DNA of 57,192 nucleotides, counting the filler, from Jimgerdemannia flammicorona (Eukaryota), in NCBI GenBank assembly GCA_003990765.1. It is 3 parts of 3 records of this genome, joined end to end, with 100 filler letters (N's around TTAATTAATTAA, not from the genome) between each part and the next. Parts side by side here need not be neighbours in the genome. Positions count along the whole stretch, not along the records: positions 1 to 19,003 come from RBNJ01002053.1; 2 more parts are not named here. The stretch is one strand, 5' to 3'. The notes under the pieces were generated by a model, which was not told the DNA's origin, ran no database searches, and saw only the letters and a program-made list of their open reading frames with translations. This document shows positions 1 through 12,557 of this stretch, in pieces (position 1 is the first letter of the stretch; each line of letters opens with the position of its first letter). The position numbers and the translations under genes were made by a program.

Positions 1-141
1 AATAAGCTAAAGATTATAAAATTTGGACATATTTTCATTGAGTGATTATATTTTGAAAAATAAAGTTTAAATTAAATCTTAAATTGAATTAGACCTTTGA
101 TTTGATCAAATTGAATTTAATTTGATTTGTTGGGAGTACTA
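1..141. mobile_element. Right arm of palindromic hAT-type MITE (cut by window edge)
   Basis: Ends TTTGATTTGTTGGGAGTACTA; sequence matches the right half of the copies at 30065-30421 and 48545-48899. Confidence 0.7.
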
Positions 142-262
142 TATATAGTCAAAAAAATTTTAAAAATTAAAAATTTTTTTGCAGATAAATTTATCTGCAA
201 AAATATATAGCCTATCAGTTATATAATTATTTATTAATCTTTTGCTAAGCTATTTTATATAT

Positions 263-729
263 TGTGATGGTATAGCCAGATTTGGAAGAAGAAAATAGGG
301 AACAGATACTTGATTGCACCCAGTTCCAAAGTAGTATAGCCACATAGTTAGCAGTTCTCGATTTCGCCACTTGCTAAATATTTTGCAAAGTATGAGATCG
401 AGTTTCTCGATTTAGTATAGCATTTTGCAACTGGCGAAATATTTTGAAAAGTGTTAAATAACTCATAACTTAGCCATGTAACCCAGTAACCATCTCATAA
501 CTAGCAAACTTATATAAATAACCCAGTATCTTCAAGTGAATAAACCTCAGATTGAAATAGTTCAAAGTAAAGAGATAGCAAAGGAACTAGTAAGTCTGCA
601 GGCAGATACACTTTGAACTCATCCACTCTCCCTTACAAACTCAAAGGACACTGAGGAGTCAGAGAAGATCAAGTTTTCAAGATACAGAAATCCAACATAC
701 TTTCAAGAGTAAGCGTCTACTATGTTACA
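263..729 (+). repeat. 5' LTR of element A
   Basis: TGTGATGGTATAGCC...TATGTTACA, colinear with 17143-17601; TATATAAATA at 511-520. Confidence 0.92.
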
Positions 730-843
730 ACTTGGTGTCTATTGGCTAGTGATTCAAGACGAATCCCTCACTTTCAAGCTGAACAATGAACAACCACTAC
801 TACCTGAACAACCATACAAACTGAACCCCAATACCTAGACAAG

Positions 844-1880
844 ATGGATATAAGACTACTAGTATTCTATAGATATATCTCAGATGAATCAATCGTCACC
901 TTCATTGATGATTTCAAGCAGTATGTCACTGTAAGGACCCTGATAGCAGTACAGCAAGTAGCCCTCATGCCCTTCAGCCTACGAGGTTCTGCCAGAGCAG
1001 CATTCATAGCTACAACCCATGCAGGAAATGATACCGATGCTATACTGATAGTACAGAAGACCTGGCTCTGAAATATATATTATACAGATGAGATCAAGCA
1101 AGCCCTGAAGGATCAGCTCAATGTAATATACCAAGGAATGAGTGAGGATCCAAACACATTCTATACTAGAATTCAATATCAGATAATTCTTGCAGATTAT
1201 ACTGCTGCTATCCGAGATCAAGTAGCTGAAGCAATCTTCATGAAAGGAGTCCATCCAGAAATAGCCATGGCCATCCGCTCATCACCAGTGATTCTGGATC
1301 TGCCATAAAAGGTCACCTATGCTCAGCGATACTGGATAGCCAGATACCCACAAGACCATATAATGGAGAGAGTTACAGGAGTCAGAATTGAAGCACCTAA
1401 GTCAACCAGTGTGATCTCCACCACAATGATCAATCGAAACACACCTCAGCCCAAAGCTACAGAGTAGCAAAAGAACAGTGACCCTATGGAGGAACTCACC
1501 AAAAGGTTTGCCAAAATGACTGCCCACCTGGGAGATATAGTAAAGAAAATTCAAGGAAGAGACCACCACCCTGTTCAGAAGTTTGCTGCTACCTCAGATA
1601 AGAAGAAAGGTATCTGCTATAGCTGCAGAGAAGAAGGCCACTACTCCTATGAATGCATGAGCGAAACCAAGCATATGGCTCAACCAAGCAATGCTACATG
1701 AAACAAGGAGCAGGCCAATACAATCACTTTTGAAGAAATTGGAGAATCCGATGAAGAGGAATGGGAGGCCTATCCTGCTCAGACCACCAAGAAGGATGTT
1801 CACAAAGAACCCTACAAGAGACTGCCAAGAAGACCCAAGAAGAACCCAGTGGAAAAGCAGATGGAAACTGCTACAGAAAG
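844..1880 (+). pseudogene. gag: Element A gag, 5' part, with CCHC zinc knuckle; multiple stops
   Basis: CYSCREEGHYSYEC at ~1615-1655; similar to gag of C (27430-26465); frame resumes after the B insertion at 12558. Confidence 0.85.
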
Positions 1881-3955
1881 TGTAAGAGGGTTACTTTTTA
1901 GGGTGACCGTTACATAGTTCTGGAAGGGTTTTCTGGAAGCTCTGGATATTCTAGAAGACCGTTTTCTTATGGTCAAGATCAATTTTGTATGGAGTACGTC
2001 CTCTACGCTTATTGATTTCAAGATCGGGTTGATGTCTCAACCAAAGTCCTTTTTCAGACTAGTTCTGGATGTTCAGGATTTTCCATATTTTAGGAAGTTC
2101 AAGAAACTAAGACCAGCTTAGTTGAATTGGCGTATCGCTGCAGACAATACCCAATTAGGAAATTTCGTGACAGAGTTAGGAGTAGGACCTAACAGAGAGC
2201 AGATTTACTTAAGAGTGGTTTGTGGGTTATGGAATAGGTTTATTTGCTATTCATGATATTGCTATACTAGGAATATTTGTATGAAGGGGTATTGTGGGGA
2301 AGTGCTCAGGAGTTGTGTTCCGATTGTTCAAGTCCATTCAAGTCTGAGATTCTGAGGTCTGGGGGAGGGGGTATTTATACTAGTGAGGGGCTATCTGGAC
2401 TATGCTAGATATGGATGTAGCACTAAGTGCCTTGCTGAGTCGGAGTGCAGTCACATAGTACAAGTGTGGTCTGACATGTCAAGGGATCGTCTGACTGCTG
2501 AGTCAGTTCACAGTCATGTCGTACAAGGCTAATCTAAGTATACTATGACTGCTAGGCTATTTATGAGTTTAGGCACTGTCTGGGTAGTCTTCGATGACAT
2601 CACCATCGATTGCATCATCTCTGATGAAGTAGTCGTCTAGGAAGAGTGGTTCGTGGATTACTTCTCCTTGTTGGCTGAGGTAGTAATATATTGGGACTTC
2701 ATCTCCATCCTACAGGATAGCATCGTCTGTTTCGTATGCTGGATAAGGTGTTGGTGGGCGAAGGATGGGTATACTGTCTTCACTTTCATTGGATTCGCTG
2801 TCTGCATATCTTCTATAGGTTACAGCACTATGAGTTGCGGGGTTATAGTATGCTGGCAGCTGTGGTTCATGTCGCTTGTACTCGGGTGGTGGAGTGGTTG
2901 GTTCAATCTCGAGGGTTGTCTGAAGGTACAGGTTGTGTTCTCCAGTCTCCTCATTGTAATTGAAGTAATCAGGGGTAAACGCGGGTTGGTATTCGTGCCA
3001 GTGGTCATTGTCCCAATAAGTCTCATATGCAGTTATGAACTGTTGTAAGTTCATCGGCAAGGTCGGCGGAGTGATCAGGGTTGGCAGAGATCCTTGGCTA
3101 GAGGTCATGTCAGTGTCAGAGGGATCATTGTCTTCTGCTTCATCTTCATCGAAGTGGATTATATCATAGACGTCCTTCATGGTGTATCCGACTTGAGGCA
3201 TTTGCAGGATATGGTCATCAGGGTGCGGGAAGGTTCTGTCTGTGGTCTGGACATATTCGAGGTACTTGTGGTTGAGTTCTTGTATCATGTCATCGATTTG
3301 GCCATAGGACAGGGTAGCAACCATTTCGCTAGTAGTAACTCGGAGGTGGGGAATGAAGGCGTTATACTCGTAGAAGAGTTCTTGATGTTTGCGGGCGATG
3401 AGCTTCTGGTGTTGAGACATCTGGGTAATGTCTGTATCATGGTGATGTTCAACCATGTCTTCCAGGAGGTGGCCGATCTAGTAGTAGCTGGAGATTTGTC
3501 CGATTCAGTGGGCCTCGTTAAGCATGTTCAGGGCATTCCATTGGGCTTCCACGAAGTAGAGGGGTGCCAGGCTATAGATATTTATGAGGGGCAGAGGGGG
3601 TGTGGCTTGGTTGACAATGGCATTCCAAATGTCAGCGCGGATGCGGTTATAGATCTCAGTGGTCATGTTTGTGTGTTTGGAAGTTGTGGTTATTGTTTGT
3701 TTTGGTTCTCTGATTCGACGCATCTTGGTGCTCGGTATATATGCATTTGGTCCTGATTGGTAAGGTTCCGTTTGTGTAGATCTTGTGTTCTGTGACTTCG
3801 TATTGACTCAGCTTTGTGCACTGTGACTTCGGTTTGACTCAGCTTCGTGATCAAGCAGGTGATTTCCAGATTTGTTCGGAGGTTGCATGTGATTTCAGTG
3901 GCTTTGTTCAGAGAGTGACATGTAATTTCGGTGGCTTGGAGGTTGTGCGCTTACA
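1881..3955 (-). repeat. 3' LTR of element B (2075 bp)
   Basis: TGTAAGAGGG...GCGCTTACA, colinear with 10474-12552; - strand TATAAATA at 2379-2372. Confidence 0.95.
2569..3723 (-). pseudogene. LTR-encoded accessory ORF of element B (consensus ~384 aa; unknown function)
   Basis: ORFs 3723-3505 and 3456-2710 share a frame; the stops at 3505, 3478 and 2710 are sense codons in the other LTR; ends TAA at 2569. Confidence 0.8.
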
Positions 3956-3968
3956 ACTCTCCCCTTCT
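3956..3968 (-). other. Polypurine tract of element B
   Basis: AGAAGGGGAGAGT on the - strand abutting the 3' LTR. Confidence 0.85.
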
Positions 3969-4379
3969 TAGCTTTCGACATCCTTGTTGGGGCCTTCTAA
4001 TTTGTTCTAGTGTTGTTACACCATTTGGGAGGTCAAAAGTCTGGTAAGGTCCATTTTCTCAGAAAGTGGCATGCTCATAGTACAGTTGCCTAACACGTTG
4101 GATTCACACGTTAAAGGGTCATGTGTTCAATGCTGTGTGCCGGAAGTGATTCTGACATCAATCACTGCTGGAGAATTTCCTCTAAGGAATCTTCTTAAAT
4201 GTCTATGCCTTATTTCCCACCAGTGGTATGGGGAGAATAGGCTTGCTTTCAGTTTGCTATTTTTCCAGAGGGTCAGTATTCTTGTCTTGTTTTGCTGAGT
4301 TCTTGACTTAGTTCGTGATAGTTATAATGTTCAGGAGAGTAATATATAGTATGTATGGATAGGTGCAGAGTATTTGGTT

Positions 4380-7300
4380 CTAGTTGTTCAAGGAATCATA
4401 TTCCTGAACTAGATCGGTAGCATTCTGAAGATTGGTCTTGGGTTCCCAGGTTGCATCATGGATCGGGTAACCTTTCCATTTGACAAGGTACTCAGGATGG
4501 TTCTTGTTACCACGTTTGTTGAGAATTTGTTCAACTTCGTATTCTTCTTGGTCATTAATGATGATAGGTGCAGGTGGTTCGGTGGTTCGGTTTGGGAATA
4601 GTTCATCATCATTGTCATTGTATCGCTTGAGACGTTGAACATTAAAGACTGGGTAAATCTTAATGGTGTCTGGTAGTGCCAGTTTGTAGGAGGTTGGAGA
4701 GACTTGTGTAATGACTTCAAATGGTCCAATGAACTTGCTGTTCAGCTTTGTGGATGGTCTGTGCTTGAGGTTGTCAACTCGGTATCCTCTGATGTCTAGT
4801 AGAACTTTTTCTCCAATATCAAAAGTTTCTTCTCGGCGGTGTTGGTTAATATACTGTGACTGTTGTTCTTGAGCTCGTGATAAATTCTCAATTGCGATCT
4901 GGCTTAGATTGCACATTCGGAGTAGGAATTCTTCAACAGCTTCGACTGTGGAGGGTTCATCAGTAGTTCGGATAAGTGTCAGAGGGGTGTTTGGGTTTTG
5001 TCCAGTATTGGCAAAGAATGGAGTCATTCCAAGAGAGGCTTGCTTACTGTTGTTATAGGCAAACTCGACTATGGTGAGGTGTTCATGCCAATCATCTTGT
5101 CTGTAGGAGACATAGTGCCTTAGCATTTGTTCTAGAGTTCGGTTCATTCTTTCGGTTTGGCCATCGGTTTCAGGGTGAAAGGCTGTGGATAGTGCAAGTT
5201 TTGTTCCAAGGTGTGCATGAAGGGCTTTCCAAAAGTGGCTGGTGAATTTCGGATCTCAGTCACTAATAATGATCTTGGGGAGACCATGATAGCGGAAGAT
5301 GTTGTCAAACAAGAGTGTGGCTATGTCTGGTGCTGTTGCAGTGGTGGTAGTAGGTATAAAGTGGGCTTGTTTGCTGAGATAGTCCACAAAGACAATAATT
5401 GCATCTTTCCCATTCTTGGTTTGGGGTAGTTGTACAATGAAGTCCATAGAGATTTGTTCCCAATTTGCGGATGGTACTGGGATAGGGTGAAGTAAGCCGG
5501 GTTTTGCTAGTGTTGAGGACTTGTTTCATTGGCAGGCATCACAGGAAGTGATGTAGGTTTTGAGCTGATCTGCCATGCGGGGCCAATAGAAGTTTTGGGA
5601 GATAACTTCGTAACATTTGTCAAATCCTAAATGTCCAGCTGTAGGGGCATCATGACATTCGAATAGGATAGTCCTTCAGAGGTCTCAGTTGTTTGAGACA
5701 TACAGTCTGTCCTTATAGTAGATAGCATTGTCCTTGAGTTGGTATTGATTGTACTGGGTATACTTGTCAGCATCATCATTGTTCAGGATTTCTCGAAGTG
5801 CTTGAGCTTCTTTATCATCAACACATGCTGCAATGATTTGTTCCATGATAGTGTTGGTAACCAAGGTCAGAGTTTGGATAACCTCCTCGATTAGTGGTCT
5901 GGAGATGGCATCGGCAACAATATTTTCCTTGCCAGGGTGGTACTAGATTTCATAGTCAAAGTTGGTGAGGACTTTCATCCATCTGGCTTGCTTTTGAGAA
6001 AGAGTAGCCTGGGTCTTGATATTGACTAATGACTTGTGGTCAGTCAATATAGTAAAGTGTGCTCCTTCTAGATATGGTCGCCATTTGATCAGAGTGTCTA
6101 CGATAGCTAGCATTTCCTTTTCATAAGTTGCGTAGTTGATTTCGGTATCATTGAACTTGCAGGAGTGATAGGCCACAGGGTGTCTTTCTTGCATGAGCAC
6201 TGCTCCAAGAGCTAGGTCAGAGGCATCAGTGGTGACTTCATATGGTAGGGCAGGATTTGCTGCTTGAAGTACTGGTGTGGTTATGAGGGCATCTTTTAGT
6301 GCTTGAAAGGCAGTATCTTGTTCGGGTCCCCAATTTGCAAGATTGTTGAAGTCTTTCTCTTGTTTCATGGTCCAGGGTTGTTCTTGTTCCTTGCTGTGCT
6401 TGGTCATTTGGGTGAGGGTGGTAGCGATTTTAGCAAAGTTGGCAACAAATCGCCTGTAATAGTTTGCTAATCCCAGGAATGACTGGAGGTCTTTCAGCTT
6501 CTTCGGTCTGGGCCAATCTTTAATTGCAGAGATTTTGCTGGGGTCTACTTTGATTCTATTCGGAGTGACAATGTGTCCAAGGAATTGAATTTCTTTCAGG
6601 AGAAATTTGCACTTGCTGAGTTTTGCAAAGAGTCGGCTTTCTCAGAGTTTCAGTAGTACTAGTTCGAGGTATTCAAGATGTTCTTCTAGGGTTTTGCTGA
6701 AGACTAGGATGTCATCAATGTAGACAACAATGAATTTGTCCAGGTATGGATGCAGAATGGTATTCATCAGTGTCTGGAAGGTTTCTGGAGCATTAGTTAA
6801 GCCAAAGGACATAACCAGGAACTCAAAGTGTCCATAGTGAGTTCGGAAAGCTGTCTTGTAGATGTTTTCTTCTTTCATGGCAATTTGCCAGTAACCATTT
6901 CGCAGGTCAAAAGAGCTCATGAATTGTGGGTTGGTAAGTCTATCGAATATTTCATCGATCCTCGGTAGTGGGCAACAGTTCTTAATGGTCTGTTCATTGA
7001 GATCACGGTAGTCAATACACATTCGTAGGTCTCCTCCTTTCTTGACAACAAAGAGGACTGGTGCACCATAGGGTGATACGCTGGGTCTGATGAATCCTTA
7101 TTCTAGGAGTTCGTCGATTTCCTTCTTGAGTGCATCAATTTCTCTCAGAGACATGTAGTAGATTGACTTGAAGGCTGGTTTGGCATCTGGGATAGTCTTG
7201 ATTGCATGGTCTACTGCTCGTTTGGGAGGTAGGCCTTTCGGGAGCTTCTTTGGGAATATGTCTCGGAATTTCTGAAGTAGTGATCTGACATGGCTGTCAA

Positions 7301-9512
7301 CTTTGGAAAAGTCCTCTTCAGAGTTCTCGGGTTCTCCTTTGGATGGGCGGATGGAGATAGCAAAGAGAGGGCATTTCTTGGCCAATTTCTTGAGTTGTAG
7401 CTTGTTGATGTGGGTGATCTTTGGTCCAGGTTCACTAGAGTTGAGTGGGTTCTTTTTGCCTTGTAGTTTGAAGTTGTGGCGTCCTTTCTTGATGGTCAGA
7501 GAATGGTTTACCCAATCAATCATGGGGTTCTCTTGCTTTAACCATGGAGTCCCAAGAATGATTTCATTGTCAGGAAGTAGTACGATTTGGAGGGTAACAT
7601 GTACTCGATAGTCGCCAATTCAGAAGGGTAGATTGCAGACTTCTTTGCTAATAACATGTGAGGTTCCATCAGCTGTAGCAACTGCTTGAGTTTGCTGTAC
7701 TGGGGAGGTGAAGACCTTGAGTCTGTTGGCTGTTTCCTTATTGATGAAGTTGCCTGAGGCACTACTGTCTATCATAATCTTGACAGGTGCTCTGTTGACA
7801 AAAGCCTTAAGGGTGAGCAGTTTGTCTGATCCAATGGTGGTGATTTCAGTTGTAGGAGCCTTTCTTCTGTTGGTTCTTCTTTGAGCCAGTTCGTTGACAC
7901 AAGAGAAGCAATCATCAATCATTCGGGAAGAGTACATTCCAATACCATGAGGGCATCAGCCACTTGGTACATATCCATCTTCTATCTTCTTGTAGAATTG
8001 TTCTTCTTTGCTTATGGTAGGTTGGGCTGGTGCTTTGTTTGATGAGCCAAATCCTTTGGATCCTCAGATGGTAGGTAGTAGTTCAGGGACTTCCTTGACT
8101 GTCAGGGTTGACTCGATTTTTTCGAATAGGATCTGGGCGATACAGAAACCAATAGGGATCTTGAAGGGTATCCAACTGTGATTTCGGATGAGGACAATGA
8201 TTTCGCCTGTATAATCTTCGTCAATGACTCCTCCTTCTACTGAGAGTCCTTTCAGCGCTAGGCTACTGTGACAGCATATTCTTCCAATATGTCCTTCAGG
8301 GATTTGGATACTGATTCCTGTATAGACTTGTTTGATTTCTTGGTTGGAAACTGTAGCTTCTTTGGCTGCATATAGGTCATATCTGGCTGCTTTTTGACTT
8401 CCTTTGGTTGGGGCCTTAGCAGTTTGTCTTAACTTGACAAAGTCTAGTATTCTGGTGGTCAGGTTGTTGAGGTGGTGCAGAGTGATAACAGTTGCTCATG
8501 TTGCTGTTCGGGGTTTTCGGTTGGGGCAGGCACTGGCCATGTGTCCTGTCTTTCAGCAATAGAAGCATGCTCCGCTTCTTCGAAGTTTGTTTCTTTTGCC
8601 TTCGGTAAGTTTCTTGAAGGTACTCGGCTGGGTGGGTTCATGATTTCTGAGTGTCCAAGGGGTGGATGTAGGGGGAGCTTGGGATGCTTCATGCTTGGGT
8701 TCTTCTTTCTTGGTCCAAGTCTTTTCCTTGTTGTTGAATTGCCTTTGGGGCAGAATTGGTCTAGCTGTTAGGATTCACTTGACCATGGTCTTGATTCTTG
8801 CCAGGCACCATTGTTAGTGATCGCAACCAACTGGGCAGCCTTGTTCTCGGATTTTTCTAGTAAGCCATTCAGGCAGAGCATCGAATAAATGGTCTGCCCT
8901 TGTATCATTTCGTGCTTCGTCATTGGCAATGTATCCTAGGCCAACAGTGTTCAGGAGTGACTCGAGTTTTATATAGAATGTTTCAAATTCTTCTTTGCCA
9001 TGTACATCAAATTTGAGGTTGCGGAGTTTTACTCGAGATTCGGCAATCATGGTCTCGCTGCGGTATTGAGCAATCATGAGTTGTTTGAGTCCAGGAGCTG
9101 CAGGATGGGCTCTATATCCTGGGGCATTGTTTGCTGCATTCTGAGCAACTACTGTAGGTCGGGTATCCTATGTGAGGGGTTTTTCAGGAAGGGTTCGCCA
9201 CCATTCTTCAGCAGGTCCTCGGAAGAATGTAACAACTCGGCGGACATAGGCTGTAGTTGTAGCAAAGAGTTGTTCCAGAGTGTGATCTTGATTGTTTGTC
9301 AGAATGCGGTCAGCAACTCGCTCATTGGTCCATTGATTGGCTTCAAAGTTGGTATCAACTACACTAATGAAGCTTTGGACTTCTTGTACAGTACCATTGA
9401 AGGTAGGTAGGCTCAGATTTTTTGTAGGTTGGGTCTGTTCAGCTAAGGCAGTAATGGTTGCTGCTATTATAGCTACTTGGGCTGTGAGGTCTAGAATCTG
9501 TTGGTTTGCCAT
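4380..9512 (-). pseudogene. Element B single-frame gag-pol: Gag(CCHC)-dUTPase-CPHG module-protease-RT-RNase H-integrase-chromodomain, broken by scattered stops
   Basis: The pieces checked share one frame: CFYC*KTGHMASAC (8567), GGVIDEDYTGEI (~8235), MIDSSASGNFI, YIDD, TDASD/TDH, IGPF, EYEVEQIL...YLVKWKGY...TWEP. Confidence 0.93.
8040..8444 (-). pseudogene. dUTPase domain of element B (between nucleocapsid and protease)
   Basis: Manual translation: AARYDLY...HSSLALKGLSVEGGVIDEDYTGEI...IAQI...*GSKGFGSS, matching trimeric dUTPase motifs 1-5; not in the ORF track. Confidence 0.88.
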
Positions 9513-10458
9513 GTTGTTTACTGGAGGTAGCTGGACTGCTGGTAGTGGTGTTACTGGTACTACTTGAGATACTGGTGCAGAGTGTGATGGGGTTCTTTGG
9601 ATCTGTGTAAGTTGCTGGAGTAGTAGTTGTGGATCTGGAGTAAGGGCTTGATAGATAGCTGTTTGTTGCTGTGTAGGTGTATTCTGTCCTGATGGATGTG
9701 TGTCTCCTTCAGTAGTGTATCTGAGATCGAATTCGGTGAGATACTCCTCCTCTTCTTCGGTTTGGTCCCTGTGTAATTGGGTTTACTCAGCGTTAAAGTA
9801 GACAGAATCAGTTGTATATCTGATCTCAGATGGACTTAATTCAAAGTCAAGTTCAGGTTCAGTATTGGTTTCAGATTCAGGTAGGATTGTAGCAGGGCCT
9901 GCTTCAGGTTTGGGGTCAGGTAGTTGATAATGGGTTTCTCTTGCTTCTTCTTTAAGAATATGGTGGGCCTTGCTGTTCTGGAATCGGTAGTATAAGGCAG
10001 TCTTGGTCCTGGTGCAGTGAAAGTCGGTAGAGTTGAGCCACTTGGCTACAGAGGCTTGGGCTTCGTGAGGAACTAAGACTAGAAAGACTGCTGCTGGTTG
10101 TCCTAGGTCGCTCGGATTTGTGGAGCTGACAAAACTCTTATTGAGAAGAGTAAAGAAGGCTTCAATAAGACCTTCTTCATCTTGACTTGCTGGGTGTAGT
10201 GCAAGGAGTTCGGTGAATAGGATTTCGCCTATTTGCTGGTTTAACTTGAGTACTTCTTTTTTTGAATGAAGTTTATCCCACTTGTTGCAGGTGTGGAGGT
10301 CAAATTGTCCTTGTACATCAGATTCAATTCTCTCCAGATTGTCAGATTGTTCAGATAAATTCCAGTTCAGAGGTTGGGCTTTATACCAACTTGTAGGAAT
10401 TCACAGAAGAGTTTGTAGTGGGGTGAGGAAGCATCTTGAAGCAGAATTGGATTATAAA

Positions 10459-10470
10459 CCGCTGCTACCA
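10459..10470 (-). other. Primer binding site of element B, probably initiator tRNA-Met
   Basis: TGGTAGCAGCGG 3 nt inside the 5' LTR; TGGTAGC is complementary to the 3' end (GCUACCA) of fungal and animal tRNAi-Met. Confidence 0.75.
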
Positions 10471-10473
10471 AGT

Positions 10474-12552
10474 TGTAAGAGGGTTACTTTTTAGGGTGAC
10501 CGTTACGTAGTTCTGGAAGGGTTTTCTGGAAGCTCTGGATATTCTGGAAGACTGTTTTCTTATGGTCAAGATCAATTTCATATGGAGTATGTTCTCTACG
10601 CTTATTGATTTCAAGATCGGGTTGACGTCTCAACCAAAGTCCTTTTTCGGACTAGTTCTGGATGTTCAGGATTTTCTGTATTTCAGGAAGTTCAAGAAAC
10701 TAAGACCAGCTTAGTTGAATTGGCGTATCGCTGCAGACAATACCCAATTAGGAAATTTCGTGATGGAGTTAGGAGTAGGACCTAACAGGGAGCAGATTTA
10801 CTTAAGAGTGGTTTGTGGGTTATGGAATAGGTTTATTTGCTATTCATGATATTGCTATACTAGGAATATTTGTGTGAAGGGGTATTGTGGGGAAGTGCTC
10901 AGGAGTTGTGTTCCGATTGTTCAAGTCCATTCAAGTCTGAGATTCTGAGGTCTGGGGGAGGGGGTATTTATACTAGTGAGGGGCTATCTGGACTATACTA
11001 GATATGGATGTAGCACTAAGTGCCTTGCTGAGTCGGAGTGCAGTCACGTAGTACAAGTGTGGTCTGACATGTCAAGGGATCGTCTGACTGCTGAGTCAGT
11101 TCACAGTCACGTCGTACAAGGCTAATCTAAGTATACTATGACTGCTAGGCTATTTATGAGTTTAGGTACTGTCTGGGTAGTCTTCGATGACATCACCATT
11201 GATTGCATCATCTCTGATGAAGTAGTCATCTAGGAAGAGTGGTTCGTGGATTACTTCTCCTTATTGGCTGAGGTAGTAATACATACATCGGGACTTCATC
11301 TCCATCCCACAGAATAGCATCGTCTATTTCGTATGCTGGATAAGGTGTTGGTGGGCGAAGGATGGGTGTACTGTCTTCGCTTTCATCGGATTCGCTGTCT
11401 GCGTACCTTCTATAGGTTACAGCACTATGAGTTGCGGGGTTATAGTATGCTGGCGGCTGTGGTTCATGTCGCTCATACTCGGGTGGTGGAGTGGTTGATT
11501 CGATCTCGAGGGTTGTCTGAAGGTACAGGTTGTGTTCTCCAGTCTCTTCATTGTAATTGAAGTAATCGGGGGTAAATGCAGGTTGGTATTCGTGTCAGTG
11601 GTCATTGTCCCAATAAGTCTCGTATGCAGTTATGAACTGTTGTAAGTTCATCGGCAAGGTCGGCGGAGTGATCAGGGTTGGCAGAGATCCTTGGCTAGAG
11701 GTCATGTCAGTGTCAGAGGGATCATTGTCTTCTGCTTCATCTTCATCAAAGTGGATTATATCATAGACATCCTTCATGGCATATCCGACTTGAGGCATTT
11801 GCAGGATATGGTCATCAGGGTGCGGGAAGGTTCTGTCTATAGTCTGGATATATTCGAGGTACTTGTGGTTGAGTTCTTGTATCATGTCATCGATTTGGCC
11901 ATAGGACAGGGTAGCAACCATTTCGCTGGTAGTAACTCGGAGGCAGGGAATAAAGGCATTGTACTCGTAGAAGAGTTCTCGATGTTTGTGGGCGATGAGC
12001 TTCTGGTGTTGAGACATCTGGGTAATGTCTGTATCATGGTGATGTTTGACCATGTCTTCCAGGAGGTGGCTGATCTGGTAATAGCTTGAGATTTGTCTGA
12101 TTTGGTGGGCCTCGTTAAGCATGTTCAGGGCATTCCATCAGGCTTCCACGAAGTAGAGGGGTGCCAGGCTATGGATATTCATGAGGGGCAGAGGGGGTGT
12201 GGCTCGGTTGACAATGGCATTCCAAATGTCAGCACGGATGCAGTTATAGATCTCAGTGGTCATGTTTGTATGTTTGGAAGTTGTGGTTATTGTTTGTTTT
12301 GGTTCTCTGATTCGATGCATCTTGGTGCTTGGTATATATGCATTTGGTCCTGATTGGTAAGGTTCTGTTTATGTAGATCTTGTGTTCTGTGACTTTGTAT
12401 TGACTCAGCTTTGTGCGCTGTGACTTCGGTTTGACTCAGCTTCGTGATCAAGCAGGTGATTTCCAGATTTGTTCGGAGGTTGCATGTGATTTCAGTGGCT
12501 TTGTTCAGAGGGTGACATGTAATTTCGGTGGCTTGGAGGTTGTGCGCTTACA
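10474..12552 (-). repeat. 5' LTR of element B (2079 bp)
   Basis: Colinear with 1881-3955, with a 4-nt insertion near 11281; TATA at 10964-10973. Confidence 0.95.
11162..12320 (-). pseudogene. Second copy of the B LTR accessory ORF
   Basis: Pieces 12320-12138 and 12122-11595 share a frame; stops fall at different codons from the 3' LTR copy. Confidence 0.8.
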
Positions 12553-12557
12553 GAAAG

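Larger units (their letters stand above)
1881..12552 (-). mobile_element. Element B: chromovirus-type Ty3/gypsy retrotransposon with dUTPase and ORF-bearing 2.1-kb LTRs
   Basis: LTRs 1881-3955 and 10474-12552; perfect 5-bp TSD GAAAG (1876-1880, 12553-12557); PBS TGGTAGCAGCGG; PPT AGAAGGGGAGAGT; C-terminal chromodomain on IN. Confidence 0.96.

Noticed and set aside
176..203. Perfect 28-bp palindrome TTTTTGCAGATAAATTTATCTGCAAAAA
   Set aside because: Single occurrence in very AT-rich repeat debris; no supporting context.
2569..3723. Interpreting the LTR/3' ORFs as env
   Set aside because: No signal peptide, furin site or transmembrane helix is visible in any copy.
2653..3756. + strand ORFs (131 and 220 aa) in the B LTR, and similar antisense ORFs over pol and the LINE (e.g. 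35739-36491)
   Set aside because: Antisense shadows of the coding strand, with biased composition and no motifs.
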